This document shows, piece after piece, positions 27,553 through 35,484 of a stretch of DNA of 64,000 bases (within the stretch, counting starts at the first letter, position 1; the number at the start of each line of letters is the position of its first letter). This stretch comes from Thermoanaerobaculia bacterium (lineage in GTDB: Bacteria > Acidobacteriota > Thermoanaerobaculia > Gp7-AA8). The DNA lies in assembly GCA_036375135.1 (NCBI GenBank), contig DASUSL010000242.1:6388-70387 (forward strand), written 5' to 3'. Both the position numbers and the translations under genes were made by a program. The notes under the pieces were generated by a model, which saw only the letters and a program-made list of their open reading frames with translations, was not told where the DNA came from and ran no database searches.

Positions 27553-27999
27553 TCACGGCAGGAGCCGCGACACGATCTCCTGAATCTTCTTCCCGTCCGC
27601 ACGCCCCTTGTAGCGCGCCGTCGCTTCCTTCATCACTTTGCCGAGGTCCTTCTTCGACGCGGCGCCGGTGGAGGCGATGATCTCGCGGAGGCCGCTCTCC
27701 AGCTCTTCCTCGCTCAGCTCGGCGGGAAGGTAGGTCTTGAGGATCTCCATCTCGCTGCGCTCTTTGTCGGCGAGCTCGGTGCGGCCGGCGTTCGAATACT
27801 GTTCGATCGAGTCCTGGCGCTGCTTGACCGCCTTGCGGATCACGCTCATCGCCTCTTCGTCGGAGAGCTCGTGGCCGGCGTTGATCTGCTCGTTCTTGAT
27901 CGCCGACTGGAGCATGCGGATGACGGAGAGGCGCTCCTTCTCCTGCGCCTTCATGGCCGCGGTCAGGTCGGCGCGGATTTTCTCGGTGAGATTGCCCAT
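27553..27999 (-). CDS. yqeY: GatB/YqeY domain protein
   Basis: Internal ATG of ORF 27553..28377. The sequence is MGNLTEKIRADLTAAMKAQEKERLSVIRMLQSAIKN... Confidence 0.85.
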   Translation of the reverse strand: MGNLTEKIRADLTAAMKAQEKERLSVIRMLQSAIKNEQINAGHELSDEEAMSVIRKAVKQRQDSIEQYSNAGRTELADKERSEMEILKTYLPAELSEEELESGLREIIASTGAASKKDLGKVMKEATARYKGRADGKKIQEIVSRLLP

Positions 28000-28060
28000 C
28001 GTGCGTTCCCCTCGCCTGAATCGTATCCCACGGTCCGGCCGAAGGTCGCATACTGAGCAC

Positions 28061-29125
28061 ATGCGGCTCCGGGTATTCGTCGGATCGTCCGAGAAAGACA
28101 GAAAGTACGCCGCCGCCATTGCGCGCATCCTGGCCAGGGAAACCGAGGTCGATGTGCTGGAATGGTGGGACCACTCCGTTTTTCCGCACGGCATGACTCT
28201 GATCGAGAGTCTGGAGCTGGCCGTGGCCAAGGCGAATGCCGCGATCATCGTCGCGGGGCCGGGCGATGCGGTGCAGAAGGGTGCCGGAGAGCTGGTGTGG
28301 CAGCCGCGCGACAACGTGATTTTCGAGTACGGCATGTTCGTCGCCGCGCACGGCCGCAAGCGCGTGGCGCTGGCCACCTTTCACGGGAAGGCCGAGCTGC
28401 CGTCCGACATCGGCGGAGTGCTGCACATCCAGCTCACCGATCCCGGCGACTGCGCCGACTTCGACAAACGATGCGAGGAGCTGAACGGCAACGAGATCCG
28501 GACGTGGCTTGCGCCGTTGCGCGCGAGCAGCGCCAGCGTCGTGACGCTCGAGCACATCCGGACGATGGTCGGTGACATCGACACCCTGCTCAACACCGAA
28601 GTGGTCCCGGAGATCGCCAGGGCGACGCAGGTCGACATGATGAGCTCCTATCGACCCGTGTCGAACGTCCACAAGCGCCTGTCCACGTCGGAGTTCCATG
28701 CGCGGGCGGGGAATCGTCTGCGCGTCTGCTTCGGAAATCCCTGGGACCTCGAGCTGGCCAGGGTCTATCAACGGAAGACGAACCGCGACCCCGAAAGGAT
28801 GCAGCAGGCGGTCGTCGAGAGCATCGGCCGCTATCTCGGCGTGGACGTCAAGGTCGACGCGACGGACCCGGACCGGATCCGCGTGACCGCGGCCGCGCAA
28901 TGTAAAGCCGACTACCGCATCTACCTCACCCGTCAGAGGATCACCTACAACTACTGCCGCGTGGGCGACGTGGCGATGATCGCGCCGCTGGACGTGAAGC
29001 TGGCCCAGGACCCGACGCCGGTCGGATGGCTCCTCCGCCGCGACCGGGCGCCGGAGGCGTTCGCATACTATGAAAAGGACTTCGAGCTGATGCTGTCGGA
29101 GAGTCAGTGCGTGTATGGCAAATGA
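28061..29125 (+). CDS. TIR-like (CAP12/Pycsar-effector type) domain protein with uncharacterised C-terminal module
   Basis: Internal ATG of ORF 27737..29125. The N-terminal ~125 aa read RVFVGSS..., AIIVAGPGD, QPRDNVIFEYGMF, GRKRV and LPSDIGGVLHI. This pattern matches the predicted nucleotide-binding TIR-like family. The C-terminal ~225 aa have no motif I can name firmly. Confidence 0.7.
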   Translation: MRLRVFVGSSEKDRKYAAAIARILARETEVDVLEWWDHSVFPHGMTLIESLELAVAKANAAIIVAGPGDAVQKGAGELVWQPRDNVIFEYGMFVAAHGRKRVALATFHGKAELPSDIGGVLHIQLTDPGDCADFDKRCEELNGNEIRTWLAPLRASSASVVTLEHIRTMVGDIDTLLNTEVVPEIARATQVDMMSSYRPVSNVHKRLSTSEFHARAGNRLRVCFGNPWDLELARVYQRKTNRDPERMQQAVVESIGRYLGVDVKVDATDPDRIRVTAAAQCKADYRIYLTRQRITYNYCRVGDVAMIAPLDVKLAQDPTPVGWLLRRDRAPEAFAYYEKDFELMLSESQCVYGK

Positions 29126-29690
29126 ACCGAAGATCGACCTGAGGACCAGCGACCTCTGTTTCATCGACCTGGAAGCGACCGGCCACGTTTTCGGTCACCA
29201 CGAGGTCATCGAGCTCGCGCTGATCCGCACCACGCCCGACGCGGAGCGGGAGCTCGGCCGCTGGTATCGCAAGCTGCGGCCGCGCCACCCCCAGCGGGCG
29301 ACGCCGAAAGCGCTGGAGGTCTCGGGTTACCGCGAGGAGAGCTGGCTCGACGCGGCCGAACCGTCCGCCGAGGTCTGGACGAGCTTCGCGGAGTTCGCAC
29401 GTGGTGCGGTACCGGTCTGCCACAACCCGACGTTCGACCGCGCGCACATCACGCTCGCCGCCGCGGCGGAGAACGTGACGGACCTCGGCGTCGACTACCA
29501 CTGGATCGGCACGGAATCGCTGAGCTGGCCGCTCTACAAAGAGGGCGCGATTCCGAAGATGTCGCTCGAGCAGCTTTGCCGGTACTTCGGGATCGAGCCC
29601 GAGCCGATGCCGCATAGCGCGATGAATGGGGCCGAGGTGTGCCGTGCCGTCTACCTCGCCATCATGCGTGCGTGGCAGTCGGCGCATTGA
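29115..29690 (+). CDS. DnaQ-like DEDDh 3'-5' exonuclease
   Basis: It has Exo I FIDLEATG, Exo II CHNPTFDRAHI and Exo III HSAMNGAE. The ATG overlaps the upstream gene by 11 nt. Confidence 0.75.
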   Translation: MANEPKIDLRTSDLCFIDLEATGHVFGHHEVIELALIRTTPDAERELGRWYRKLRPRHPQRATPKALEVSGYREESWLDAAEPSAEVWTSFAEFARGAVPVCHNPTFDRAHITLAAAAENVTDLGVDYHWIGTESLSWPLYKEGAIPKMSLEQLCRYFGIEPEPMPHSAMNGAEVCRAVYLAIMRAWQSAH

Positions 29691-29725
29691 CCGTCGCCGC
29701 GTCGACGCATATTCTCGCCCGCCCT

Positions 29726-30292
29726 ATGTCTCTCGACGTCCGCGCGTTGCTCGAGGAAACAGGCGCACTCCTCACCGGCCACTTCCGCCTCTCCTCGGGG
29801 CTGCACAGCCCGAACTACATCCAGTGCGCGCGTCTGCTCGAACATCCGCGCTACGCACGCGCCCTCGGCCAGACGCTGGCGGCGCGGCTCAAGCAGGTCG
29901 ACCGGATCGTGTCGCCCGCGATGGGCGGCGTGATCATCGGCTACACCGTCGCGCAGGCGCTCGACGTGCCGTTCATCTTCACCGAGCGGAAAGACGGCGC
30001 GATGACGCTGCGCCGCGGCTTCGGCCTGCGCGCGGGGGAGCGCGTCGTCATCGTCGAGGACGTCGTCACCACCGGCAAGTCGACGCGCGAGACGGTCGAC
30101 ATCGTCACCCGGGAAGGGGGCAACGTCACCGGCTTCGCCTCGATCCTCAATCGCAGCGGCAAGGCCAATCCGTTCGACCAGCCGTACGAGGCGCTGCTCG
30201 ACCTCGAGCTGGCGACGTATCCCGAGGACGCGTGTCCGCAGTGCAGCCAGGAAGTACCCATCGACGCGCCGGGGTCGCGCTTCAGCCGATGA
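29726..30292 (+). CDS. pyrE: orotate phosphoribosyltransferase
   Basis: Internal ATG of ORF 29639..30292. It has GHFRLSSGLHS and the PRPP motif VVIVEDVVTTGKS. Confidence 0.93.
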   Translation: MSLDVRALLEETGALLTGHFRLSSGLHSPNYIQCARLLEHPRYARALGQTLAARLKQVDRIVSPAMGGVIIGYTVAQALDVPFIFTERKDGAMTLRRGFGLRAGERVVIVEDVVTTGKSTRETVDIVTREGGNVTGFASILNRSGKANPFDQPYEALLDLELATYPEDACPQCSQEVPIDAPGSRFSR

Positions 30293-30678
30293 ACGTCGAG
30301 CTCCTGTCGACCGACGGCGAAGAAGCGCAGTTGCGCGTCGACGGCCGCGTCCATGCCGTTCCCTACGCCATCCAGGGGACGACGGTGAGTTTCCACTTCG
30401 ACGGCGAGATCTACTTCGTCGAGGTCGAAGACAAGTCCGGCCGCGGACGCGCGCGACGCCAGCGCGACCATTCGATGGAAGCGCCGATGCCCGGCCTGGT
30501 GCTGCGAATTCTCGTCAGGCAGGGCGACGTTGTTGCAAAAGGAGCCCCGCTGCTGATCCTCGAGGCCATGAAGATGGAGCATCAGCTCACCGCGCCGCGC
30601 GACGGCACGGTCGCCTCCGTCAACTGCAAAGAGGGAGAGCTGGTGCAGCCGGGCGTGGAGCTGATCACACTCAAATGA
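30289..30678 (+). CDS. small biotinyl/lipoyl-carrier domain protein
   Basis: Internal ATG of ORF 29626..30678, with an ATGA overlap with pyrE. It has the biotinylation motif LEAMKMEH. Confidence 0.8.
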   Translation: MNVELLSTDGEEAQLRVDGRVHAVPYAIQGTTVSFHFDGEIYFVEVEDKSGRGRARRQRDHSMEAPMPGLVLRILVRQGDVVAKGAPLLILEAMKMEHQLTAPRDGTVASVNCKEGELVQPGVELITLK

Positions 30679-31610
30679 AAATCACCGTCGACACCGTCAA
30701 GCTCGTCGAGGTCGGCCCGCGCGACGGGCTGCAGAACGAGAAAGTCACCATCCCCACGCAGGCGAAGATCGACTACATCACCGCGCTCTCCGACGCCGGC
30801 CTGCGCGTCATCGAGGCGGGTGCGTTCGTCAGTCCGAAATGGGTGCCGCAGATGGCCGACACGGCCGCGGTCTACCGCGAGATCCCGAAGGATCCGGGCG
30901 TCGAGTACCCGGTGCTCGTCCCGAACATGAAGGGCCTGGAGCGCGCCATCGAGGCCGACGTGAAGTCGATCGCCATCTTCACCGCCGCCTCGGAGACGTT
31001 CAACAAGCGCAACATCAACATGTCGATCGACGAGTCGTTCGAGAACTACGCGCCGGTGGCGATGCGCGCGCGCGAGGAAGGGATCCGCGTGCGCGGCTAC
31101 GTCTCGACCGCGTTCGGTTGCCCGTACGAGGGCGACGTCGCGCCGGAGAAAGTGCTCGAAGTCTGCGCGCGTCTCCTCGACCTCGGCTGCTACGAGGTCT
31201 CGGTCGGCGACACGATCGGCGTCGGCACGCCGATGCAGGTGCAGGGAGTGATCGGCGTGCTGCTGCAGGTCATCCCCGCCACGAAGCTGGCCATGCACTT
31301 TCACGACACGCGCGGTACGGCACTGGCGAACACGCTCGGCGCGCTGGAGATGGGCATCGCCACGTTCGACGCCTCGGCCGGTGGCCTCGGCGGCTGCCCG
31401 TATGCGCCGGGCGCGTCGGGCAACATGGCCACGGAGGACATCGTCTACATGCTCGATCGCATGGGGATCGACACGGGTGTCGATCTGAACCGCCTGGTGC
31501 AGGCCTCGTCCATCATCGCGCCGTACCTCGATCATCCGCTGCCGGGCCGCTATCTGCAGGCGTGCACGAAGAAGGCGATGCCGGTGGCCACGAGCGCCGC
31601 GGTGCAATGA
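30675..31610 (+). CDS. hydroxymethylglutaryl-CoA lyase
   Basis: It has VEVGPRDGLQNE, HFHDTRG and GGLGGCPYAPGASGN. Confidence 0.92.
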   Translation: MKITVDTVKLVEVGPRDGLQNEKVTIPTQAKIDYITALSDAGLRVIEAGAFVSPKWVPQMADTAAVYREIPKDPGVEYPVLVPNMKGLERAIEADVKSIAIFTAASETFNKRNINMSIDESFENYAPVAMRAREEGIRVRGYVSTAFGCPYEGDVAPEKVLEVCARLLDLGCYEVSVGDTIGVGTPMQVQGVIGVLLQVIPATKLAMHFHDTRGTALANTLGALEMGIATFDASAGGLGGCPYAPGASGNMATEDIVYMLDRMGIDTGVDLNRLVQASSIIAPYLDHPLPGRYLQACTKKAMPVATSAAVQ

Positions 31611-32101
31611 GCAGCGTTCCGGAACGGTTCCGCGGCACGTGGCGCGACGGCTGGTACGTGCTGCCGTACCAGGTGATGTTCCGCGACGTCGACGCGTACG
31701 GCCACGTGAACAACGCGGTCTTCTTCACGTTCTTCGAGTGGGTGCGCACGCTGCTCTGGTTCGAGCTGACGGCGTTCGGCAAGGCGACCGACATCGGCTT
31801 CATCGTGGCGCACGCGGAATGCGACTACCGCCGTCCCGTGCATCTCGAGGCGATCGAGCTGTGCGTGCGCGTGGGCGAGGTGCGCACCAGCTCGTTCGAG
31901 ACGCTGTACGAGGTGCGCAAGTCGGACGGCACCGTCGCGGCGACGGGAAACGTGGTGGTCGTGCTCTACGATTGGGAACGCGATGCGAAGCGGCCGATCG
32001 ATGATGAGCTGCGGAGGAAGTTAGCGGAATGCGGCGCTGGCAGCAGTACGCGTGCATCGCACTCATCGCCCTCCTCAGCGCCGCGCGATTCGTCCGTCTG
32101 A
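31607..32101 (+). CDS. 4HBT/YbgC-like acyl-CoA thioesterase
   Basis: Internal ATG of ORF 30839..32101 (ATGA overlap). It has the hot-dog motif VMFRDVDAYGHVNNAVFFTFFE. Confidence 0.75.
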   Translation: MSSVPERFRGTWRDGWYVLPYQVMFRDVDAYGHVNNAVFFTFFEWVRTLLWFELTAFGKATDIGFIVAHAECDYRRPVHLEAIELCVRVGEVRTSSFETLYEVRKSDGTVAATGNVVVVLYDWERDAKRPIDDELRRKLAECGAGSSTRASHSSPSSAPRDSSV

Positions 32102-33336
32102 ACGACACGCCGGCCGGCTTCTATCTCGACGAGGCCGCGGGCGCGGCGACGATTCTCTGCATCGACCAGCCGCGACTCTTCTTCGAAGAGCTCCCCGGCA
32201 CGGGGACGTTCTTCACGCCGGCGTATGTCTACTCCGGCTTCGTCTGGACGAAGCTCTTCGGCTCGTCGATCGCCGCGATCCGCGCGCACGTGGCGTTCTA
32301 TTCGGTGCTGACGATCGTGGCGGTGTTTCTCGTCGCGCGCTTTTTTCTCGGCCTCGATGGAGGGTTGCTCGCCGCGCTGGCCGCGGCGATCTCTCCGTGG
32401 GGCTTTCCGTTCGCGCGCATCGCCTGGGACCCGCCGCTGGCACCGTGTTTTGCGATGTGGGGCGTGTGGTTCTTCCTGACGAAGCGGCCGATCGTGGCCG
32501 GTCTTCTCTTCGCGGCGGCGATGTACACGTATCCGCCGGCGCGACTGCACGTGCCGTTGATCGCGCTGGTGCTGTACGTAGGGCAGGCTTCAGCCTGCCC
32601 GGACAGGCTGAAGCCTGTCCTACGTTCTGCCGCCGCGCTGGTGATTGCGTGCGTGCCGCTCGTGGTGCTCACGCTGAACGGCACGCTCAGCGCTCGCGCG
32701 AATGCGCTCGCCGTCTGGAGCGTCGACCGGCCCGTCGCGCGCTTCTTCGCCAATCTCGGCGCGCACCTCTCGCCGGACTTTCTGCTCTTCCGCGGCGATC
32801 TCAATCCGCGGCACGGGACGCAGCTCTTCGGCATCCTCTCGTGGCTCGACGTGGCCGCGATCGTCGCCGGTGTGTGGCTGCTGCGAACTGCGAACAGGAA
32901 GCTGCTCGTGATCGGGGTGACCGGCTGGCACGGCGCATTGATCGTCGCCTCGCTGTCGTGGGAAGGCGTGCCGCACGCGCTGCGATCCATCACCGGCTGG
33001 CCGTTCGTTGCGCTGCTCACCGGGACGCTCCTGGCGGCGGCGTGCGCGCGGTGGCGCGTTGCGCCGTACGTCGTGCTGGTTTGTGCGCTCGCGTTTTCGG
33101 GCGCGTTCCTGAAGACCTATTTCACGACGTACCGCACCGCCTCCGCGCCATTCTTCGATGCGGTGCTGCGCGAGGAAGCGGAGGAAGGGGACTGGGAGGC
33201 GTTGCGCGGCTACTGGGCGTTCTATCCAAAGCCCGCGCTGCGCTACTACTTTCTCCATTACGGCCGAGTGCCGTGCGCGTCACTGCGAGGTGACGAGCTC
33301 CCGCCGCTTCCCGCTGGTGGTCATCATCGTCCATAG
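32029..33336 (+). CDS. GT-C fold (ArnT/PMT-like) membrane glycosyltransferase
   Basis: It is polytopic, with an N-terminal FYLDEAAG acidic loop after TM1. The function is inferred only from topology and motif. Confidence 0.55.
   Translation: MRRWQQYACIALIALLSAARFVRLNDTPAGFYLDEAAGAATILCIDQPRLFFEELPGTGTFFTPAYVYSGFVWTKLFGSSIAAIRAHVAFYSVLTIVAVFLVARFFLGLDGGLLAALAAAISPWGFPFARIAWDPPLAPCFAMWGVWFFLTKRPIVAGLLFAAAMYTYPPARLHVPLIALVLYVGQASACPDRLKPVLRSAAALVIACVPLVVLTLNGTLSARANALAVWSVDRPVARFFANLGAHLSPDFLLFRGDLNPRHGTQLFGILSWLDVAAIVAGVWLLRTANRKLLVIGVTGWHGALIVASLSWEGVPHALRSITGWPFVALLTGTLLAAACARWRVAPYVVLVCALAFSGAFLKTYFTTYRTASAPFFDAVLREEAEEGDWEALRGYWAFYPKPALRYYFLHYGRVPCASLRGDELPPLPAGGHHRP
32576..32625. repeat. 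family-A composite element inside the GT-C CDS
   Basis: ACGTAGGGCAGGCTTCAGCCTGCCCGGACAGGCTGAAGCCTGTCCTACGT, translated as VGQASACPDRLKPVLR. Confidence 0.85.
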
Positions 33337-35484
33337 CGGCTGATGCTGATACGCCACCACCACGATCTCGCCGTCGCCGAGCTCGGGGAAGATGCGTGCG
33401 ACGTCGAACTCGGCCCATGCCGGCAGTCCGCGGTCGTTGTTCAGCACCGCAAAGTGCGACCACGTGCGCTCCCCCTGCCGCGCGGTGATGTTCACGGCCA
33501 CGGTGTCGGAGTGGAGTGAGTAGACGCGCAGCGTGCGCGCGCAGCCGTCGCAGGAACCGGTCGCGCGCACCGCGGCGTACGAGCGGAAGCGCGACTCGTG
33601 CGGCGCCGGCGCGACGGACGGCGCCTCGATGAGCCGTCCCTCTTTCGACGCGCTCACCTCGAGCTGGCCCGTCACCGGCGCGCCGCGGCGGACGTAGACG
33701 AACCACGCCGAGCGGTCCGGCGTCGCGTCCCAGACGAGCGAGCCTCCGGGCGGAAGCTCGCGACGCTCGCCGTGGCGGTCGAGCACGACCTCCGGCACGG
33801 ACCCTTCGTTGCGCAGGCGCAACTCCGACTTCCACACACGCCCGTCCGGACCGCCGGTCGTCCCGAGCGGCAGCGGCACGACGATGCGCTCCATCGCCGC
33901 CAGCACCTCCGCGCTCGGAGTGCCGCCGGCTGGCAGTGCGCCGGGAACGCGGTACAGCCGGATCGATTTGCCGACGCGTTCATAGTTCGGAAAGCGCGCG
34001 AGCCACGGAAACGTCGCCCCATGCTCGCGCGATGCGAGATGCGCCTCGCTGACCGCGAACCAGCCGGGCAGCGGGCGGTCGTGCACGACGGGCAGCAGCG
34101 GCGGCAGCGGGTGGCGTTCCAGATCCGCCGTTCCAAAGTAGGAGAGGCGCAGCGCGTCGATCTTCAGCTCGCGCGCGCGGCGCTCCAGCCGCAGCAGGTC
34201 CTGTCCCCAGTCGAGATTGCTGTCGAGGAGGACCTTCCGCGGCTCGCTGCCCGCGAAGGCGTTGAAGTACGGGAGGTAGTCGGGATGCGCGCGCAGCGAG
34301 ACGAACAGCTCGACGGCGACGAGTGCGAGGACCAGCGCCTTCCTGCGCGTCGCCAGCACGCAGCCGATCGCCACGGCCAGCAGCGGATAGATCGGCAGCA
34401 CGTGCCGGATGCCGATGTTGATGTTGACCGGAAAGCAGGCCACGACGATGGCCGCCGCGGCCGCGAGCGGCGCGAGCGTCGCGCGCTTGCGAAGAAAGAA
34501 GGGAGCGGAGAGAGCGAGCAGCAGAAAGACGATGGTCGTCTTCACCGCGATGGCGACCGGAAAGTAATACCACCAGCCTTCGCTGCTGTATTCGCCGAGA
34601 AGGTACGCCTCGTGTCCTCCCGCGTTGTGCAGCAGCGTCTGGGCGATGCCGGAGAAGAGCGCCGGCGCCGGCAGCGGGATGGCATCGATGACGAGCCGCT
34701 CGCCCACGAACGCGCGGACGAGGTGATAGTGCGCGTCGCGGAGCCGGTCGAAATCGAAGCGATAGACCGCCCACACCGCAATCACGCACACGAACAACGC
34801 AAGCGCGACGTGCCGCAAGATCGGGCGCCGCCAGTTCATGGCGATCATCACCACGCCGGCAACCAGGAGAAAGAGTAGCGACGAGAACTTCGACGTCAGC
34901 GCCACGGCCGTCGCCAGTCCGAGCAAAGCCGCAACACGCGGTGACGGCGCGAGGAGCCAGCGCTGCAGCAGCATCAGCGCCGCGGCGATCCCGCAGGTCA
35001 CGGCCATGTCGGTCGTGGCCACTCCCGCGTGCGCGAGCACCGGCGGCAGATTCGAGTAGAGCAGCGCCGCGATCGCCGCCGCCCACTCGCCGGCCAGCAT
35101 GCGCGCGTGCGCCCACACCACCACGATCGACAGCAGGAAGAACGGCAGGATGCCGGCGCGCGCGAGCGACAGCATGCGCACGTACGGCCCGCCGTGCAGG
35201 ATCTCGTTGCCCTGCTCGGTCAGCCCGAGGTTGTTCGGCGAGCGCCGCGCACCGGCGAGATACGGCCCGATCGCCGCGGCCACGCGCGCCAGCGGCGGAT
35301 GCTGCGGCTCGCCGAGGTATGTCCCTTGCTCCAGCCACTCCAGACCCGCCGCGATGTGCGTGCTTTCGTCGAAGGTCTGGCTGAAGACGGACCAGGTCGA
35401 GATCACGCGCAGAGCGGCAACGAAAAGGATGACGATCAGTGCCACTCTGGACGCGCGCTCGGACACGGAGGGAAAATAGCGCAT
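33280..35484 (-). CDS. GT-C fold (ArnT/PMT-like) glycosyltransferase with soluble C-terminal domain of about 230 aa
   Basis: Internal ATG of ORF 33280..35724. It reads FSQTFDESTHIAAGLEWL after TM1, has more than 10 TM segments, and has a non-membrane C-terminus. Confidence 0.6.
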   Translation of the reverse strand: MRYFPSVSERASRVALIVILFVAALRVISTWSVFSQTFDESTHIAAGLEWLEQGTYLGEPQHPPLARVAAAIGPYLAGARRSPNNLGLTEQGNEILHGGPYVRMLSLARAGILPFFLLSIVVVWAHARMLAGEWAAAIAALLYSNLPPVLAHAGVATTDMAVTCGIAAALMLLQRWLLAPSPRVAALLGLATAVALTSKFSSLLFLLVAGVVMIAMNWRRPILRHVALALFVCVIAVWAVYRFDFDRLRDAHYHLVRAFVGERLVIDAIPLPAPALFSGIAQTLLHNAGGHEAYLLGEYSSEGWWYYFPVAIAVKTTIVFLLLALSAPFFLRKRATLAPLAAAAAIVVACFPVNINIGIRHVLPIYPLLAVAIGCVLATRRKALVLALVAVELFVSLRAHPDYLPYFNAFAGSEPRKVLLDSNLDWGQDLLRLERRARELKIDALRLSYFGTADLERHPLPPLLPVVHDRPLPGWFAVSEAHLASREHGATFPWLARFPNYERVGKSIRLYRVPGALPAGGTPSAEVLAAMERIVVPLPLGTTGGPDGRVWKSELRLRNEGSVPEVVLDRHGERRELPPGGSLVWDATPDRSAWFVYVRRGAPVTGQLEVSASKEGRLIEAPSVAPAPHESRFRSYAAVRATGSCDGCARTLRVYSLHSDTVAVNITARQGERTWSHFAVLNNDRGLPAWAEFDVARIFPELGDGEIVVVAYQHQPLWTMMTTSGKRRELVTSQ

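Noticed and set aside
28000-29725. The TIR-like/exonuclease cassette as part of a mobile genomic island or prophage
   Set aside because: I see no integrase, transposase, tRNA attachment site or flanking direct repeats. A hand count of 100 nt at the 5' end gave 62% G+C, versus 67% for 60 nt in pyrE. That is only a mild difference and not decisive.
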